Source: Octopus sinensis (lineage: Eukaryota). Taken from it: 64,000 nucleotides of DNA. The position numbers and the translations under genes are program-made. Under the pieces are notes generated by a model. It worked only from the letters and a program-made list of their open reading frames with translations. It ran no database searches and was not told where the DNA came from. Every line of letters begins with the position of its first letter. The stretch's first letter is position 1. Positions 40,986-57,110 of the stretch are shown here, one piece after another. The DNA is taken from positions 36,208,001 to 36,272,000 of the forward strand of contig NC_042999.1 in assembly GCF_006345805.1 (NCBI RefSeq), given 5' to 3'.

Positions 40986-41510
40986 ACCTTTGGAAGCCGG
41001 CACAGCTTTCCGGTTTTGTAAATTTTTGTGTAGGTGATAGTGTGTGTGTGTGTGTGTATGTGTGCGTGTGTGTGTGTGTGTATGTGTGCGTGTGTGTGTG
41101 TGCGTATGTGTGTGTGCGTGTGTAAGTATGATTAAGTGCGTGTGAATGGATGAACATAATATGTGGTATAGTATGCAAGGCAAGCCTGAACTGAAAAATA
41201 TGTATATAATCGCTTGTGTTTGTATGTGTGTGTGTGTAGCTTTGTACATAATTGAATAGATTAACTGTGTGTGTGTGTGTGTGCGCGTGAGAGAGTACGT
41301 GCAAACATCCTAGCAAATATATCTGCGCACGTGTACACACCTGTGAGTAGAGAGCTATGTGGGTGTCACGAGAAACATCCGTAGTTGTTTGTCTAAATGC
41401 CTCCTGCCTTTTGTGTCTAACAGTGTTTGCGCGCGCGCGCGCGAAAGCATATGCGTTATATGCAGCCCTGGATTAACAATTAAGTGAAATGAGCACGTGC
41501 TTTAGGGCTC
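40986..41510. promoter_or_regulatory. Putative promoter region
   Basis: CpG-rich; CCGGAA near 41010; CACGTG near 41328 and 41495; (GC)n near 41428-41442; long (TG)n tracts; + strand donor-like cct|GTGAGT near 41343. Confidence 0.35.
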
Positions 41511-41829
41511 CAAAGGAGGAAGGGTGGGGTGGAGTACTAGAGATTTTTATGCTTTTTCTCCTCTTTCTCGCCACCAGTGGCTGATTTATTACCATAAAAA
41601 CAAATGTGCAGATGAACCAAGGGGCTCTACAATAAATGAGAAAAAACAAACATATATACTAATAGAATATTATCTTCTTGATTCAGGATTGATATTATTC
41701 CTGGTAGAATTTAAGTGAGTAGCGGGTTACTATCTGTAACTTAAGCTGTCCCCATGATTTCATTCAGCCATCAAGTACTTAAAACCCTTCTGATGATCTT
41801 CCTGGTAAACATTATTATAATTATTATAT

Positions 41830-42135
41830 TTACGTTCTGAGTTCAAATGCTGTCGAGGTCGATTTCGTCAGTCATCCTTTCAGGGCCGACAAATGAACAC
41901 GACGAGAGTCGACGTAAACGGGTAGCCCTTCCTCCAAAATTTCAGGATATGTGCCTAGGATCGTCAGAAAGCCGGGCAAAACGCTTAATGCACTTCGTCC
42001 AAATTCCGCCGTGGTCGACTTTGCCTTTCATCTTTTCGGGGTCGATAAAATTAGTACCAGTTGATTAACTGAGGTCGATGAAATCGACTTACCCGCTTCC
42101 ACCGAAATTGCTGGTCTTGTGACAAAATTTGAAAC

Positions 42136-42166
<31 letters not shown>

Positions 42167-42690
42167 TCGCCCGTCGCTACGTTTCTGGGTTCAAATTTCG
42201 CCGAGGTCGACTTTGCCTTTCATCCTTTCTGGATTGATAAATTAAGTACCAGTGAAACACTGAGGTCGATATAATCCCCCCCCCCCACACACACACACAC
42301 AATGGCTGTCCTTGTGGCAAAATCTGAAACCATTATTATTAATTATTATTATTATTATTCCGCTGGGGTAGATGAAATAAGTGCCAGTTGAGCACTGGAG
42401 TCGATGTAATCGACTTATCTCCTCCATTCGAAATTACTGGCCTTGTGCCAAAATTTGAAACCGTTATTATTATTATTATTATTATTATCATTATTATTAT
42501 TATTATTATTATTATTTCAGATATAATGCCTTGCGGTATTTGTTCCGGCTCTCTGTGTTCTGAGGTCAACTTTGCCTTCCATGCTCTCGGAGATCGATAA
42601 AATAAAATGCCAGTCAAGTACTGTGATCAATGATATCGACTATACCCACTTCCCTCAAAATTGCTGGCCTAGTGTCTGAACACACACACA
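41830..42690 (+). mobile_element. Head-to-tail array of about five SINE copies, most with (ATT)n tails, CpGs intact
   Basis: Repeated gtcgactttgcctttcatc...gtcgat...atcgact...aaaatttgaaacc(att)n. Confidence 0.88.
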
Positions 42691-42807
42691 AACACGTATA
42701 TATATTCTGAACACGGGAATACAACAAAATTGGATTCTGGCAACTGGCTGGCACACAGAAACCTCTGCCGTGAGCCAGTGACAGTTGTACGTCAGTCACT
42801 GTTAGTA

Positions 42808-42852
<45 letters not shown>

Positions 42853-44287
42853 AGGATATCAAGGTCTGTCTTAGTCTCAATGTAGCTATTGAATGTTGTA
42901 AGCTTGTGAAATGCTGTAATCTGTAGTTTGTTCATTGCTTACGTAAAACACTCAAGTAGTAACACGGATCGTTAAAATACACCTCGAAAATTCGAAATAC
43001 AGACACACACACACACACACACTATCATTCTTACATGCATGTCATTTTGTTCATGTACAATATTTTGGGTGAGCTTTTCGAACTTAAGATTGCTTGATCT
43101 ATGCTAATGACTCCAAGTAACAACCTAAGTTACTGACTTTGCCATTAAATTAATTAGTTTATATTTACAAAAATAAGAAGGTATATGATATTGTATCTAA
43201 CTATAATATAAACATAACACGTTACTCTCTCTCTCTCTCTCTCTCTCTTCATATATATATATATATAGATAGATATATGCAAAAATTGGTTAAATAGCAA
43301 TAGATAGCAATTGTAGGTGACAATATTTGAATGTTACCAAAAGTAGAGGAGAATGGCTCACATAAATTTTTAACATTAAGGACATAAATCGCACAGATGA
43401 GCTTTCATTCTTAGCTGAAGCATTTGAAAATCCCAGCAGAATAAACTATGCAAACAAGACAACCTGGATACTTTGTCTCTGTAAAGTATAGCAGCAGATT
43501 AATTTTGAAGACTTTCCCCAATTTTAAACAAAAACAAACAAACAAACAAAAAAGCAGCAGAAAACTTTTTTAAAGTATAAAATAAAGTTATAAGCCAGCA
43601 TTTTAAATCTTTTTAACCATATATGTTGAAATGAAATTATGTAAAAAATTACCACCAGCATCGATTAATCGCTCTTAGTTTCCCTTAAAAACAGGGTCTT
43701 TTTTTTTAATAACTGTAAAATGTTGAGAAATTTGCATCGCCGACCACTTTCTGTTGCTTACACTGCGTAAGACTATTTTAGTATTTGAATAAATTTAAAG
43801 AAAAAAAAAAACTGGTTATATTTCAATATTGTTGTGGGGGTCTGACCAGGAAGAATTTTTTAAAAATTTTATCTATCATTTCACATTCAGCAGCACTTAA
43901 GTCAGTTGTACAATGAAAAAGTCGAGAGATCTACTGCTGGACTGAGGGCTTAGGGCATCAGATGGCCTTAATCCGGGCCTGAGTAAACAAATGTGTGTGT
44001 GTGTATTGTGTCGAGAGAAAGACTGCGTTTATCTAACTGCGTGCATATGAAAGCGGCTGTGTGTGTAGGTGTACGTTCATGTGCGTACATAAATGCCCGG
44101 GTACGGGTGGGCACAAGTACGTTAATACGTGTGTACACGTGTTTTGATGTAGACGTGTATTTGTGAACATACGAGCGTACAGAGAATAAAACAGTAACAG
44201 CTACAGTTGTTGTCAGAGTAAGAGAGAGTAGAATGATAGAGAAAAGAAGAAAAACATGGAGAGAGTGAGGGGGGCAGTGATGGTGAA

Positions 44288-44327
<40 letters not shown>

Positions 44328-44354
44328 TAAGAAAAATACGGTAGGCGAAATGGA

Positions 44355-44391
44355 GATAGATAGATAGACAGATAGATAGATAGATAGACAA

Positions 44392-44424
<33 letters not shown>

Positions 44425-44541
44425 CAGACAGATAGATAGATAGACAGACAGATAGATAGACAGACGGACAGATAGATAGATAGACAGACGGACAGATAGA
44501 TAGATAGACAGACGGACAGATAGATAGACAGACGGACAGAT
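44355..44541. repeat. Compound (GATA)n/(GACA)n tetranucleotide array
   Basis: Directly visible; explains ORFs 43968..44567 and 44122..44733. Confidence 0.97.
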
Positions 44542-45753
44542 AAAGGAGCTAGGAAGCGGTTCTTCAAAGAATTTGGACAACTCCGTTGAGAGAACCTTAG
44601 ACTGAAATGTCAGAATCTTCACTAATCGCAGCAACTTTACTGACAGACACCTACAAATTGTTGGATGGTTTAAACAAATAGAAGAAGGAACAGGTCCCCA
44701 CCATTTGCTTCGGTTTTGCTTGTTCCTTCTCAACCAGCATTTTCGGTCCTTTGAAATGGGTTTTCCTAACTACCTTGGCGATAAGATGGGGGAAGGACGA
44801 TAAGGGATATCCAACACCAAAACTGTCATCTTACAGCAGACATACCTGTCACTGGGTTGTGTGTAGAACATGGATGGAAGGAGAGATAGAGAGAGAGAGG
44901 AGGGAAAGGAGAAATGGCAATGCGAATGTGAAGGGGCGAAAACGGTAGGAGAAGGATAGAGAGCACCCAGTCAGAGAGTTGTGATAGCAAAAAAGATACG
45001 GACAAAGAGACGTGGTGAGTGGAAAATGAGAGAGTAAATTAGGCAGAGCGTGGGAGAGCAAGGAAGAATTAGGAATCAAAGCGTGTGTATACTTGCATCC
45101 GTGTGTGTACGGATGAATGTGCACCCGCGGGGAAAGCAAGAGACGTGAGTGGAGAGTGAGATGAACACGTCTGCGACGGGAGAGATAACTCTCTCTCTCC
45201 CTCTCATATATATATATACATATATATATAAATATATATTATATATATAATATATATTATATATATATATATATATATGGGAGAGGACTGTACGCAAGGC
45301 AGGATAGTGTGTGTATGTGGGGGGAGAGAGAGGCAAGAAACACACACGTACGTGTGTGTGTATGTGTTTATTGGTAAAGAGATAAGGCGAAATGAAAGGA
45401 TAAAAACAAAATATATAAACTTAAGGTGGGAGAAAAACGGTAATATAACGTGATAAAACCTATGTATAGCAGGACACATGTGTGTGTGGGGGGGAGAGGA
45501 GCGGGGGAATACAGGCACCAGGGGAGGAGGGGTGGAGGGTTTACAGAACAAATGATAGTTCGGTATGGAAGCTTGAACGTATGTACGTGTATGGGTGTCT
45601 GCATGAAAGACAGAGAAAGATACAGCGAGTAGATAGTGTATGAGGTGATAGATAGATAGATAGATAGCAAGAAGAAAGAGAGAATAGACAGAGCAAGAGA
45701 GGATGACAGAAAAAGGTAGAAAGCGAGGGAAAGAGAGAACAGAAGAAGCGATG

Positions 45754-45828
<75 letters not shown>

Positions 45829-46401
45829 CGAAAATGGATAGATATATGTAGAAAGAGGGTAAAAAACAAGAGCGAAATAAACAGACACAGAAGGATGACA
45901 GTTTTTTTTTTTAACACGAAAGACTGAACGTACAAGATAGATGTTCTGCATATGTCTACGTGTATGGGTGTATATGGGTGCTGAGGTATGTACGATTACG
46001 TGTGCACGTTGGTTGTGTGTGTGTGTATATGTGTGTGCAGAAATACCAACTCAGTGGAGCGATATATAACGCAGTTTCAATGACAGACCTACATATATTA
46101 ACTTGTATAGATATGTATACTTACGTGTGTGTGTGTGTGTGTGTGTGTGTGTTAACCAGAACACTCGTCTCTCGGTCGTCATTAAGCCTTAACTATAACC
46201 ATCAGCAGTCACACACACACAACTAAACACACACATATACACATACATGTCGGCGTTGAGACACAAAACACTTTTGTCGACGTGTGGGTGTGTCCGTGCA
46301 TGTACACCTAAGTAGCATGTAGGAATGTGGCCTGCATTCACATACCAAACTGCTATGTGGAATCATGCAAAGTCATTCTACAGCAATGTGTGTTTGATAG
46401 G

Positions 46402-46442
<41 letters not shown>

Positions 46443-46891
46443 CACACTCCAAAAGTTAGAAAAAGGTACAAAATACGTAGAAATACTTAAGTCAAATGTT
46501 AAGGGAAATCATAAGGACACGAATCGTACACACACACACACAGAGTAAGTAACAAATACATTCACACACCGTGTAGGCAGCTCGGGGCTAAATAAACCGA
46601 AAGATAATGATCAAGATAGGTAAAACAAAAAACAAAAAAAAAACCCCCAAAAAAACAGACTAACACACATACATATACACATACATACATAAAGAGAGAG
46701 AGGGAGAGAGAGAGAGACTGGAAACCCGAATGGCAAACACTAAAACGACGAAGGACCGAGGGGCCCAACTTGACAAAAGCTTAGCTAACTGTACAGTCGA
46801 GTCTTCTTCTCTCCTTCAAAAAATCGCAACACTCAAAAATACGTACGTACCCGGCCACATCCACACACATATATACATACTTGGTTCTTAC

Positions 46892-46918
46892 CTGATGCGG
46901 GTGGAAGACGACAAACAT
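46892..46918 (-). CDS. Candidate first exon (MFVVFHPHQ, phase 0), or end of a 5' UTR exon
   Basis: gccaaATG context and strong donor CAG|GTAAGA, in CpG-rich unique sequence. Confidence 0.35.
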
Positions 46919-47770
46919 TTGGCTTCTCCACGAAACAAGAGAGAGAGAGAGAAAAGGGAGAAAACGGTCGGCGCTGCGCCTGGTTCGCTGCGCACACCTA
47001 CCTACATGTAATGCATGTATGTATGGCGAACAGAAAGCGTTTCACTGCGTGTCCTCTATCCGATATTAAGCTCGTGGTGTCGCCCAAACCTGCTTCGTCT
47101 ACTTCTTTCTTTCTTTCTCTCTTTTTTTTTTTTCTTTCATAAGTCACACGCTAACACATAGAGCGTACACGCACTCGTCGTTCTCTCTCTCTCTTTCCCC
47201 CTCCCTCTTTCTTTGGGCCCATCCTCACCTTCTATCACGAAGTATGAATGTGTATACACGCACACACACACACACACACACGCGTCTATAAAATACACCC
47301 GCTCGCACGCACGAACGCTCACACATACACGCCGCCAGCACGCACATTCATATATGCACATAAATACCATACACACACACACACACATACATACACAAAG
47401 CTAAGCTTTCCTATTCACGTCACCTTCTCTCCTCCTACCCCCTTCTCCTCCTCCTCCCGTGCGTGCCTGAGCGAGTAAGTGCGTGCGTCTGAATATGTCT
47501 CAGACAACAACACACACACACACACACACACGCACACACACAAACAATCATACACATACATAGAAGCAAGACAAGCACACGTACAATATCATACGTACAC
47601 ACATATATCTACTGCTACTAAATAGTTATAGCTGAGCCGCTGATAGCAATCCGTTTGTTGCCCAACAAGTCTCTACAGCACACACACACACACACCGCCG
47701 TCATCGTCACACAGCCCACTCACCCTACTCACCACCAAGGCGCACCGGATGGCTAGTAATACATGTTGGA

Positions 47771-47790
<20 letters not shown>
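46900..47790. promoter_or_regulatory. CpG-rich putative promoter cluster with splice donors on both strands
   Basis: Minus donors at 46891 (GTAAGA) and tandem GTGAGT at 47732 and 47723; plus donor GTAAGT at 47475; many CG and GCGC motifs. Confidence 0.4.
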
Positions 47791-47840
<50 letters not shown>

Positions 47841-47939
47841 ACACACACATACACAGAGGGAACAAACCAATATTAATATTTATTTCCATTTGGTGTACAT
47901 TTTTTGCGCCTCTGTGTGCATATGTGTGTGTGGTATATA

Positions 47940-48045
47940 AATAAGTGTATATAAATACACAAACACTTATACATTAGGTGTATAGAGAATTTTGTACAGA
48001 TGAATGAATCGTATAGTGTACGCCAAATAAATGTGTATGTATGTT

Positions 48046-48081
<36 letters not shown>

Positions 48082-48646
48082 CATACATACATATATATAT
48101 ATACATACACATATATATATACATATATATATATATACATACATATATATATATATACATACATATATATATATACATACATACATATATATATACATAC
48201 ATACATATATATATACATACATACATATATATATATACATACATATATATATACATACATACATATATAATACATACATATATATATACATATATATATA
48301 ATATATACATACATAATATATATATATACATACATGTATATATATATACATACTACATATATATATACATACATACATATATATATACATACATATATAT
48401 ATATACATACCTATATATATATACATACATATATATATATATATACATACACATATATATACATACAATATATATATATATATATATATACATACATATA
48501 TATATATACATAATATATATATATACATACATATATATATATACATACATACATATATAATATACATACATATATATATATATACATACATATATATATA
48601 CATACATAATATATATATATATACATACATATATATATATACATAC

Positions 48647-48678
<32 letters not shown>

Positions 48679-48768
48679 TACATACATATATATATACATA
48701 CATACATACATATATATATATATATACATACATACATATATATATATATACATACATATATATATTAC

Positions 48769-48802
<34 letters not shown>

Positions 48803-48923
48803 ATACATACATATATATATTATATACATACTATATTATATATATACATACATACATATATATATACATACATATATATATATATATTATATATATATAT
48901 ATATACATACATATATATATATA

Positions 48924-48984
<61 letters not shown>

Positions 48985-49032
48985 CATACTACATACACAC
49001 ACATATATATATATGCAAACATACACATGCGC

Positions 49033-49082
<50 letters not shown>

Positions 49083-49090
49083 CATATAAT
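47940..49090. repeat. ~1.1 kb compound (TA)n/(TACA)n array
   Basis: Directly visible; source of the YI/MYV-repeat pseudo-ORFs. Confidence 0.98.
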
Positions 49091-49892
49091 GCATACAGAA
49101 TGTCTGTAATGATTAATTACTCTACAAGGTTGTTTAGCACCAGGTCAGCTAGAGTCGAGTAGAAAGCACCAACTTGTCATTTTAGGATAATGCAGGTCTA
49201 TATTATCCAATGTGTCTGTTCGAAGCCCTAAGACGGTATGTGTGGATTTGAGAGAGAGATTTGACTTCTGTTTCTAACGTGTTCAGCCCAATGACCACAA
49301 ACAACCACTCGCTGGTGGTTCACGTACAAGGGTTTTCGACTGCTATTTCTAGCACGTTTAGCGAACATGTAGAGAGAGGCTCCCTCGTAGGCTCGCGCAC
49401 AAAGGTGTCTGCCGAATGCCATAGGTGTAGCTGGGATGATATAATGTCTACTGGTATATATATATAAAAATATATATATATATGAGTGTGTATATGTGTG
49501 ATATTGTTTGTTAACGTACATGCAGTGTGAGTGCTGCCTTTTAGAAAAATCAATTGATACACACACACACATATCAGTTTGTGCCTATGGTTCATTGTAT
49601 AACAGTGGTGCCGGTGACGGTAATAAAGTGTGAAATAGTTATCAATATCTGAGCGGGGTATATCTTTATTCGAGATACATGTGTATATTTGCATATATGC
49701 ATGTGTGTGTATATGTGCGTGAGTGTGTGTGTGTAGAGAGAGAGACAGACATACAAACACACACACACACACACACACACACGTACAGTATGTACACATA
49801 CATATATGCATGCATCGTTATCTATGCAGAAGACACGCACAGAGAAAGAGTGTGCATTTTTGAATCGTGTGTGTATACATATACACACACAC

Positions 49893-49923
<31 letters not shown>

Positions 49924-49928
<5 letters not shown>

Positions 49929-50128
49929 TATGTTGGGCATGTATACGTCTGGATAAATGATAGCCTCCCGATGTATGATATATATACACACACACATATT
50001 ACATATACACACACACACACATATATATATATATTATATATATATATGTCTATGTTGGGCATGTATATGTCTGGATAAATGATAGCCTCCCGATGTATGA
50101 TATATATACACACACGCATATTACATAT

Positions 50129-50193
<65 letters not shown>

Positions 50194-50241
50194 TATGTTG
50201 GGCATGTATATGTCTGGATAAATGATTGCCTCCCGATGTAT
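49924..50241 (+). repeat. Tandem repeat of a ~120-140 bp unit with embedded microsatellites (2 full copies and 1 partial)
   Basis: atgtctatgttgggcatgtata(c/t)gtctggataaatgat(a/t)gcctcccgatgtatg at 49924, 50046 and 50189. Confidence 0.95.
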
Positions 50242-51391
50242 GTCTCATTCATTATATGTAAATATGTCAGTGTGTAAGTATGTCAGTATATAAATATGTC
50301 AGTATGTGTGAGAGAGAGAGTGTATGTGTGTATGTCTACGGTCTCAATACTATATATCTTCTTAGAATGATGTGAAGGTGTACATGTACGTGTATTCATC
50401 GACTTACGTATGTATGTATGTGTGTGTGTGCCGAGAACGATGCGTCTGTGTGTGTGTGTAACTGGCCAGGAACGGGGTGAAAATGTCGAGACAGGCTTGC
50501 ATCAGTCCAGACAAAGCAGACAGCTTCCATTCGGTTGCAATGGCCGATACTCGGACACTTCTCTGGTCGAAATATGTCGTCTGCCAGCATATTACAGCTT
50601 GTTGCTTTCCACCACACTACACAGTGGAGCAACGCAGAGAGGGAAAAGCCCTGTAGCATATACCAATAATATCATTCATATACACACTGCATCGCACACA
50701 TACACATACAGCAGATACCATAACTACATCACAGAAACCATATCGCAGACATGCAGACATTACATACACACCATACAGATTGTGATATCACGTTTATATA
50801 TATATTACATCACATTACATCACGCACACGTTTAATACATTATTGCATGCACATATATAATCGGGTATATATACACATTACATCATATATATATATATAT
50901 ATATACACACATACACAACAAATGTACACACATACACAACAAATGCAGATAACTGCATACACATACGTACGCATTGCACACCACACATACACACACATAT
51001 TGACATGATTATTAAAATATATAGAAACCTTCAACACGCGCTACATATACATATAGTATATAACACATACATTGACATGATTATTAAACAGCATATACAT
51101 ACATACACACACACATACACGCACACACACACACACATACATACATACATACATACATCATACATACACACACACACACACACCTCTTGCACTACATACA
51201 CAATAAATAATCCATGCGTCCTCTCCCTCCCACATACTGACATAATTATTAAACAGCATATATATATTTATACACATACACACCCTTTGCACTATATACA
51301 CACAGTATATAATTCCACGCACATACCACTCGACAACACGTACACAGTATACACACAGAGAATATATATTCATAGATACACACACAAGCTA

Positions 51392-51459
<68 letters not shown>

Positions 51460-51468
51460 ACAAGCTTT

Positions 51469-51505
<37 letters not shown>

Positions 51506-54152
51506 AAATGACACATAAAGTAGACACCCACACATTACACAAACAATTACCAAACTCCCCAACACACACACACACACACACACATACAATTCACAAACGT
51601 ACACCAACAGACACTGAAACTAAACATCAAACAGTCATATCTAATACAGTTGGAACCGCTTCAGTTAGGAGGAAGATGCTGCGAAAGAAAGAAAGAAAAA
51701 AAAAAGGATGAGGGAAAGAAAAAAGAAAAAAAAGGATGGAAAATGAGAGGGGAAGAAAAAAAAGAAAGAAAAAAGGAAAAAAAAAAACATGCACGTCACA
51801 ACTTCCTAGTTATGTATCACTTATGTAAAAATCTAAATATTACAGGAATCATCAGGATCGATATTGACACGATTATATTTGATTATCATTTTCATCGAAC
51901 ACCCATTTAGTAGGCCTGTCTGTGTGTATACAAGTATGTAAACACAGCACACACACACACACAGTCGTTGTGTGTGTGTGTGCGTGTGTGTATGTGTGTA
52001 TATGTGTGTGTGTGATGCAACACACAGCATGGGCAGAAACGAAAAGAGGTTGAAAGTAGAAGGGCATTGAATGAACGGCTTGTTTTGTAAACACAATTTA
52101 GAAAGACACCGAGACGCCAAAATTACGGCGGGGTTCCTGGGATCAGCCGTGTCTGTCCCCAGTCGAAGCGCCCCTTAATGTGTGTGTGTGTGTGTGTGTG
52201 TGTGTTTAATATTTGTTGGGGTGGACAAGACAGACATGGGCTGTTTTAGCTGGCAGCAAGCAACCCAGACAGAGGAAAAGAACTATACGAAAGTGATGGT
52301 GCATATACAACTGGTGTGTGCGTGCGTGCGTGCATGTGAGCGTGCGCGCGCGTGTGTGACTAGTCGGAGTTGGCTGGTTTGATGGTGGATGGAGGGGAAC
52401 CTGTGTCTGCACTGGCAACTGGCTAAGGTGAACGTGTGTGTGTGTGTATGTATGTATGTGTAAACAGACATAAATTGACTCTATACTTTTTTAGTTATGA
52501 GCGTGTATCGAGCATTAAAATATATTTGAGCCGAAAAAAAAAAAAGTATGGACTCTATTACATTGCATTTATGATTTGGTCTGCTTATCTCTCTGATATA
52601 TATATACGACACACATACACGCATGTAGGTATGTATGTATGTATGTTATATATTTAAACTTGGCTACCTATTAGTATATGCATTACGACATACATAATAT
52701 GCATATAGGTTAGCTTGCATGTTAAGACTGGTAATAGGCGCGTGTGTTTGTGCGTGTACACGCACGCACACACACACATAGTTGGCAGAGAATGTATAAA
52801 ATACTTGAGATAGGCAGAATACGCAACAAAAATTCAACTTAGATCAGTCATAAGCAACACGACAGCAGCAGTGATCGCTATGTGTGTACCCTGAGTAAGG
52901 ATTAACTGATGACAATGAAAGGATGGCCATTTTTATGAGGCCTTCTTTCAGACCATCGCAATACCAGCTGAGAGATATTGTCATCATGGCTGTTTATTTC
53001 AGTGGACATAGCGAGCAATGCCATGATGGCTACTCTAATGTACATGCAGGCTGCGGTTACTGTACATGGAATAAAACGGAACCAAGGCTCTCGGAGTTCT
53101 GTGAGACAAATAATAACCTAACCATCAGCAACACTAGCTTCAGGAAACCAACCAATCAGATAAGAACCATTCAAGCCAAATCGCCTTCATTTTGTCACCG
53201 GGAAATGAGATAGACAAATAGTTGTGAAGACTGTCTTTTCCCCCATTGAAGAATGAACCCAACACAACAGCAATTTGCGATTAGTGGTATTGGAGTAAGA
53301 GACAGACGGACTCGGAGACACACAAGACAATCCGGAAACTCAAAAAATATTTCGGTCAAACGTAGGTTCAAAGAACTAGGTGAGGCGTAACGAGAAGTCG
53401 GAAGAGACAGAATAGTAACACAGAAGGTAATGAATAGCCTCAACCAAAAGACCTTGCAGCGAGCCGTAAGGCAAGATCAGCAGATGGAGCAACTTCCAAC
53501 TTTGCATAAAGTGAAATGCAGTGAAAAGTGTGGCAGAGCTACCAAAGCTGAGAGACAAGGAGGGTGAGGGTGGGACAATGCGAGAAACTAGACGCCGGGT
53601 ACACTTAGCAAATAGAGAAGCGGACAGTAAAAAGTTTGCCGATGTTCTGCAACGTTAATGTCAGAGGCGTGGTGTTCCGGATTGCAAATCAGTATGTCAG
53701 TGCGAATTAAAACGTTGTTTGGGAGAAAGTGTGTACGAAATTAAAGCGACACACTGCCTTGACTGATGCAAAGGGAAGGCTTAGAAATGCATGTTACAAG
53801 AAACTGCTGGACAAATGGAACATATGAGAAAGTAGGACTACTCTGAATAAGCTTAAATTGGGATCAGTTACTGAATTTAGCTGTTTTATCGTCGAAATAG
53901 CCAATAAGGATAAGGGCAGAGAAAGCGGTCGGACCATTAGGGATAGTCGCTGAGGTGCCGTAAATATCCGGTGAAGTGAGGCATACTGGTCACTCGCATA
54001 ATCAGTTAAGAAGTACAAGAAGTGGTCATTTCTAATGTCTGATCATCAACTGCTACAAGCATACGGTAGAAACACGGTCAAGCAAGAAGCAGCCACTGGG
54101 ACATCAAAATGATGAATCCAGTTATAAAAATAACAAAGATTACGAAGAGAAA

Positions 54153-54446
54153 TCTTTATATATAAAAGTGAAGTTGTGTGTCTGTCTCCTACGATTTAGA
54201 TTCCTAACTACTCCCACATTTCGTGGTGCAGTTTAAACAAAAGCGGGTATCTTATAGTCGCGATTCATATCGAGCCCTTCTGGGTATTAGCACGCGTCTA
54301 CGATGAGTCTACGATTAAAAAAAAGAATTACCATAATTTTTTCCCATTTTTAATGCATTATTTTGCTATTATATAAGTAACTCTCTAAAAATGCTTATAT
54401 AGTTATTTCTCTTACAAACCCGAGCAACGCCGGGCGATACTGCTAG
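54153..54446 (+). mobile_element. Non-autonomous Helitron inserted into the RTE LINE
   Basis: A|TCTTTATATATAAAAGTG...CCCGAGCAACGCCGGGCGATACTGCTAG|T; AT target site, no TSD. Confidence 0.92.
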
Positions 54447-54691
54447 TTTAATATAAATGAAACGTAGTTCGGATCTGTGTCAGAACCGAGTACCACTAGT
54501 GAAACAACTAGTAAAAAGTAAACCACCATACGTAACATTTGTTACCTGGAGGCAGTCTACGATAGGGTACCACACCTTGTAGAGGTTTGGCGCTAAGGAA
54601 ACTTGGCTGTAGTGGAACGGCTTGTGAAGGCCGCGCAAATCATGTACAGAACTACAACCAGTAAGGTGAGAATTAGCAATGAGTTCAGCGA

Positions 54692-54809
54692 GGAATTTAG
54701 CGTACAAGGTATCGGTTCCCAACACCCAACTGTTCCTTAAAATTTTTCTTGGAATTTAGCGTACAAGGCCTCGGTTCCCAACACCCAACTGTTCCTTAAA
54801 ATTTTTCTT
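54692..54809 (+). repeat. 59 bp tandem duplication inside the RTE RT region
   Basis: ggaatttagcgtacaagg..tcggttcccaacacccaactgttccttaaaatttttctt twice, with 2 mismatches. Confidence 0.95.
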
Positions 54810-55549
54810 GAGAACATAACAACGGATATTAAGACCGGTTTTCCATCGCAACTCCTGTACGTCGATGATCTGGTTCTCAAAGATCAATTTGTTCAAGAAT
54901 TAGATAAGAAATTCCAAACATTTAGAACCGAGAGTTCTTCAAGTAAATGTAGCCAAGACAAAAGTTGTAGCAAGTACGAAATAAGACTAACTACAGTGTC
55001 AGCAGGGAAATGGTCATATAAGATATGTACAAACGGAGTAAGATGTTTGAATGTGACAATTGTGAGGGAATCGACATTCCTAGCCCAGTGGAAGATTATC
55101 AGCATCTATTTAGGCAATTTATGCACAATATGAGGAAGTATAAAATATAGTGATACAATTTAACAGAAAAGAACTTCGAGTGTAGCAGACGTGCAGGAGA
55201 AATTAACAATAAGAACATCATGAAATAATGCTTTTCCAAATACTCAAAAGGCTCCCGTTCCCAAGAAGCAATGATAGATTCTGTTACCTAGGTGACCAAA
55301 TTAGCTGTGGTGGAGGGTGTCCCGAAAGAAAAGTTCATGCGGGTTATTACCTCTGCTGACAACAAAGAGATTCTCTCACGATGAGGCGCAGATTGTAAAG
55401 ATGCTTGCATATGAAGGACAATGTTGCATGCCAGCAGCGAACCTTTGAAGACATGGCAAGAAGTGATGAAGAATAATCTCAGAAGACTGAACCTCGCGAA
55501 GATGAAAGAAGATGGTAACAAATAGAGAGATGGTGAACAAGGCCACTGC

Positions 55550-57110
<1,561 letters not shown>

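Noticed and set aside
41465-43980. Possible TIR pair gccctggattaa / ttaatccgggc around the SINE array
   Set aside because: Short imperfect match with no TSD.
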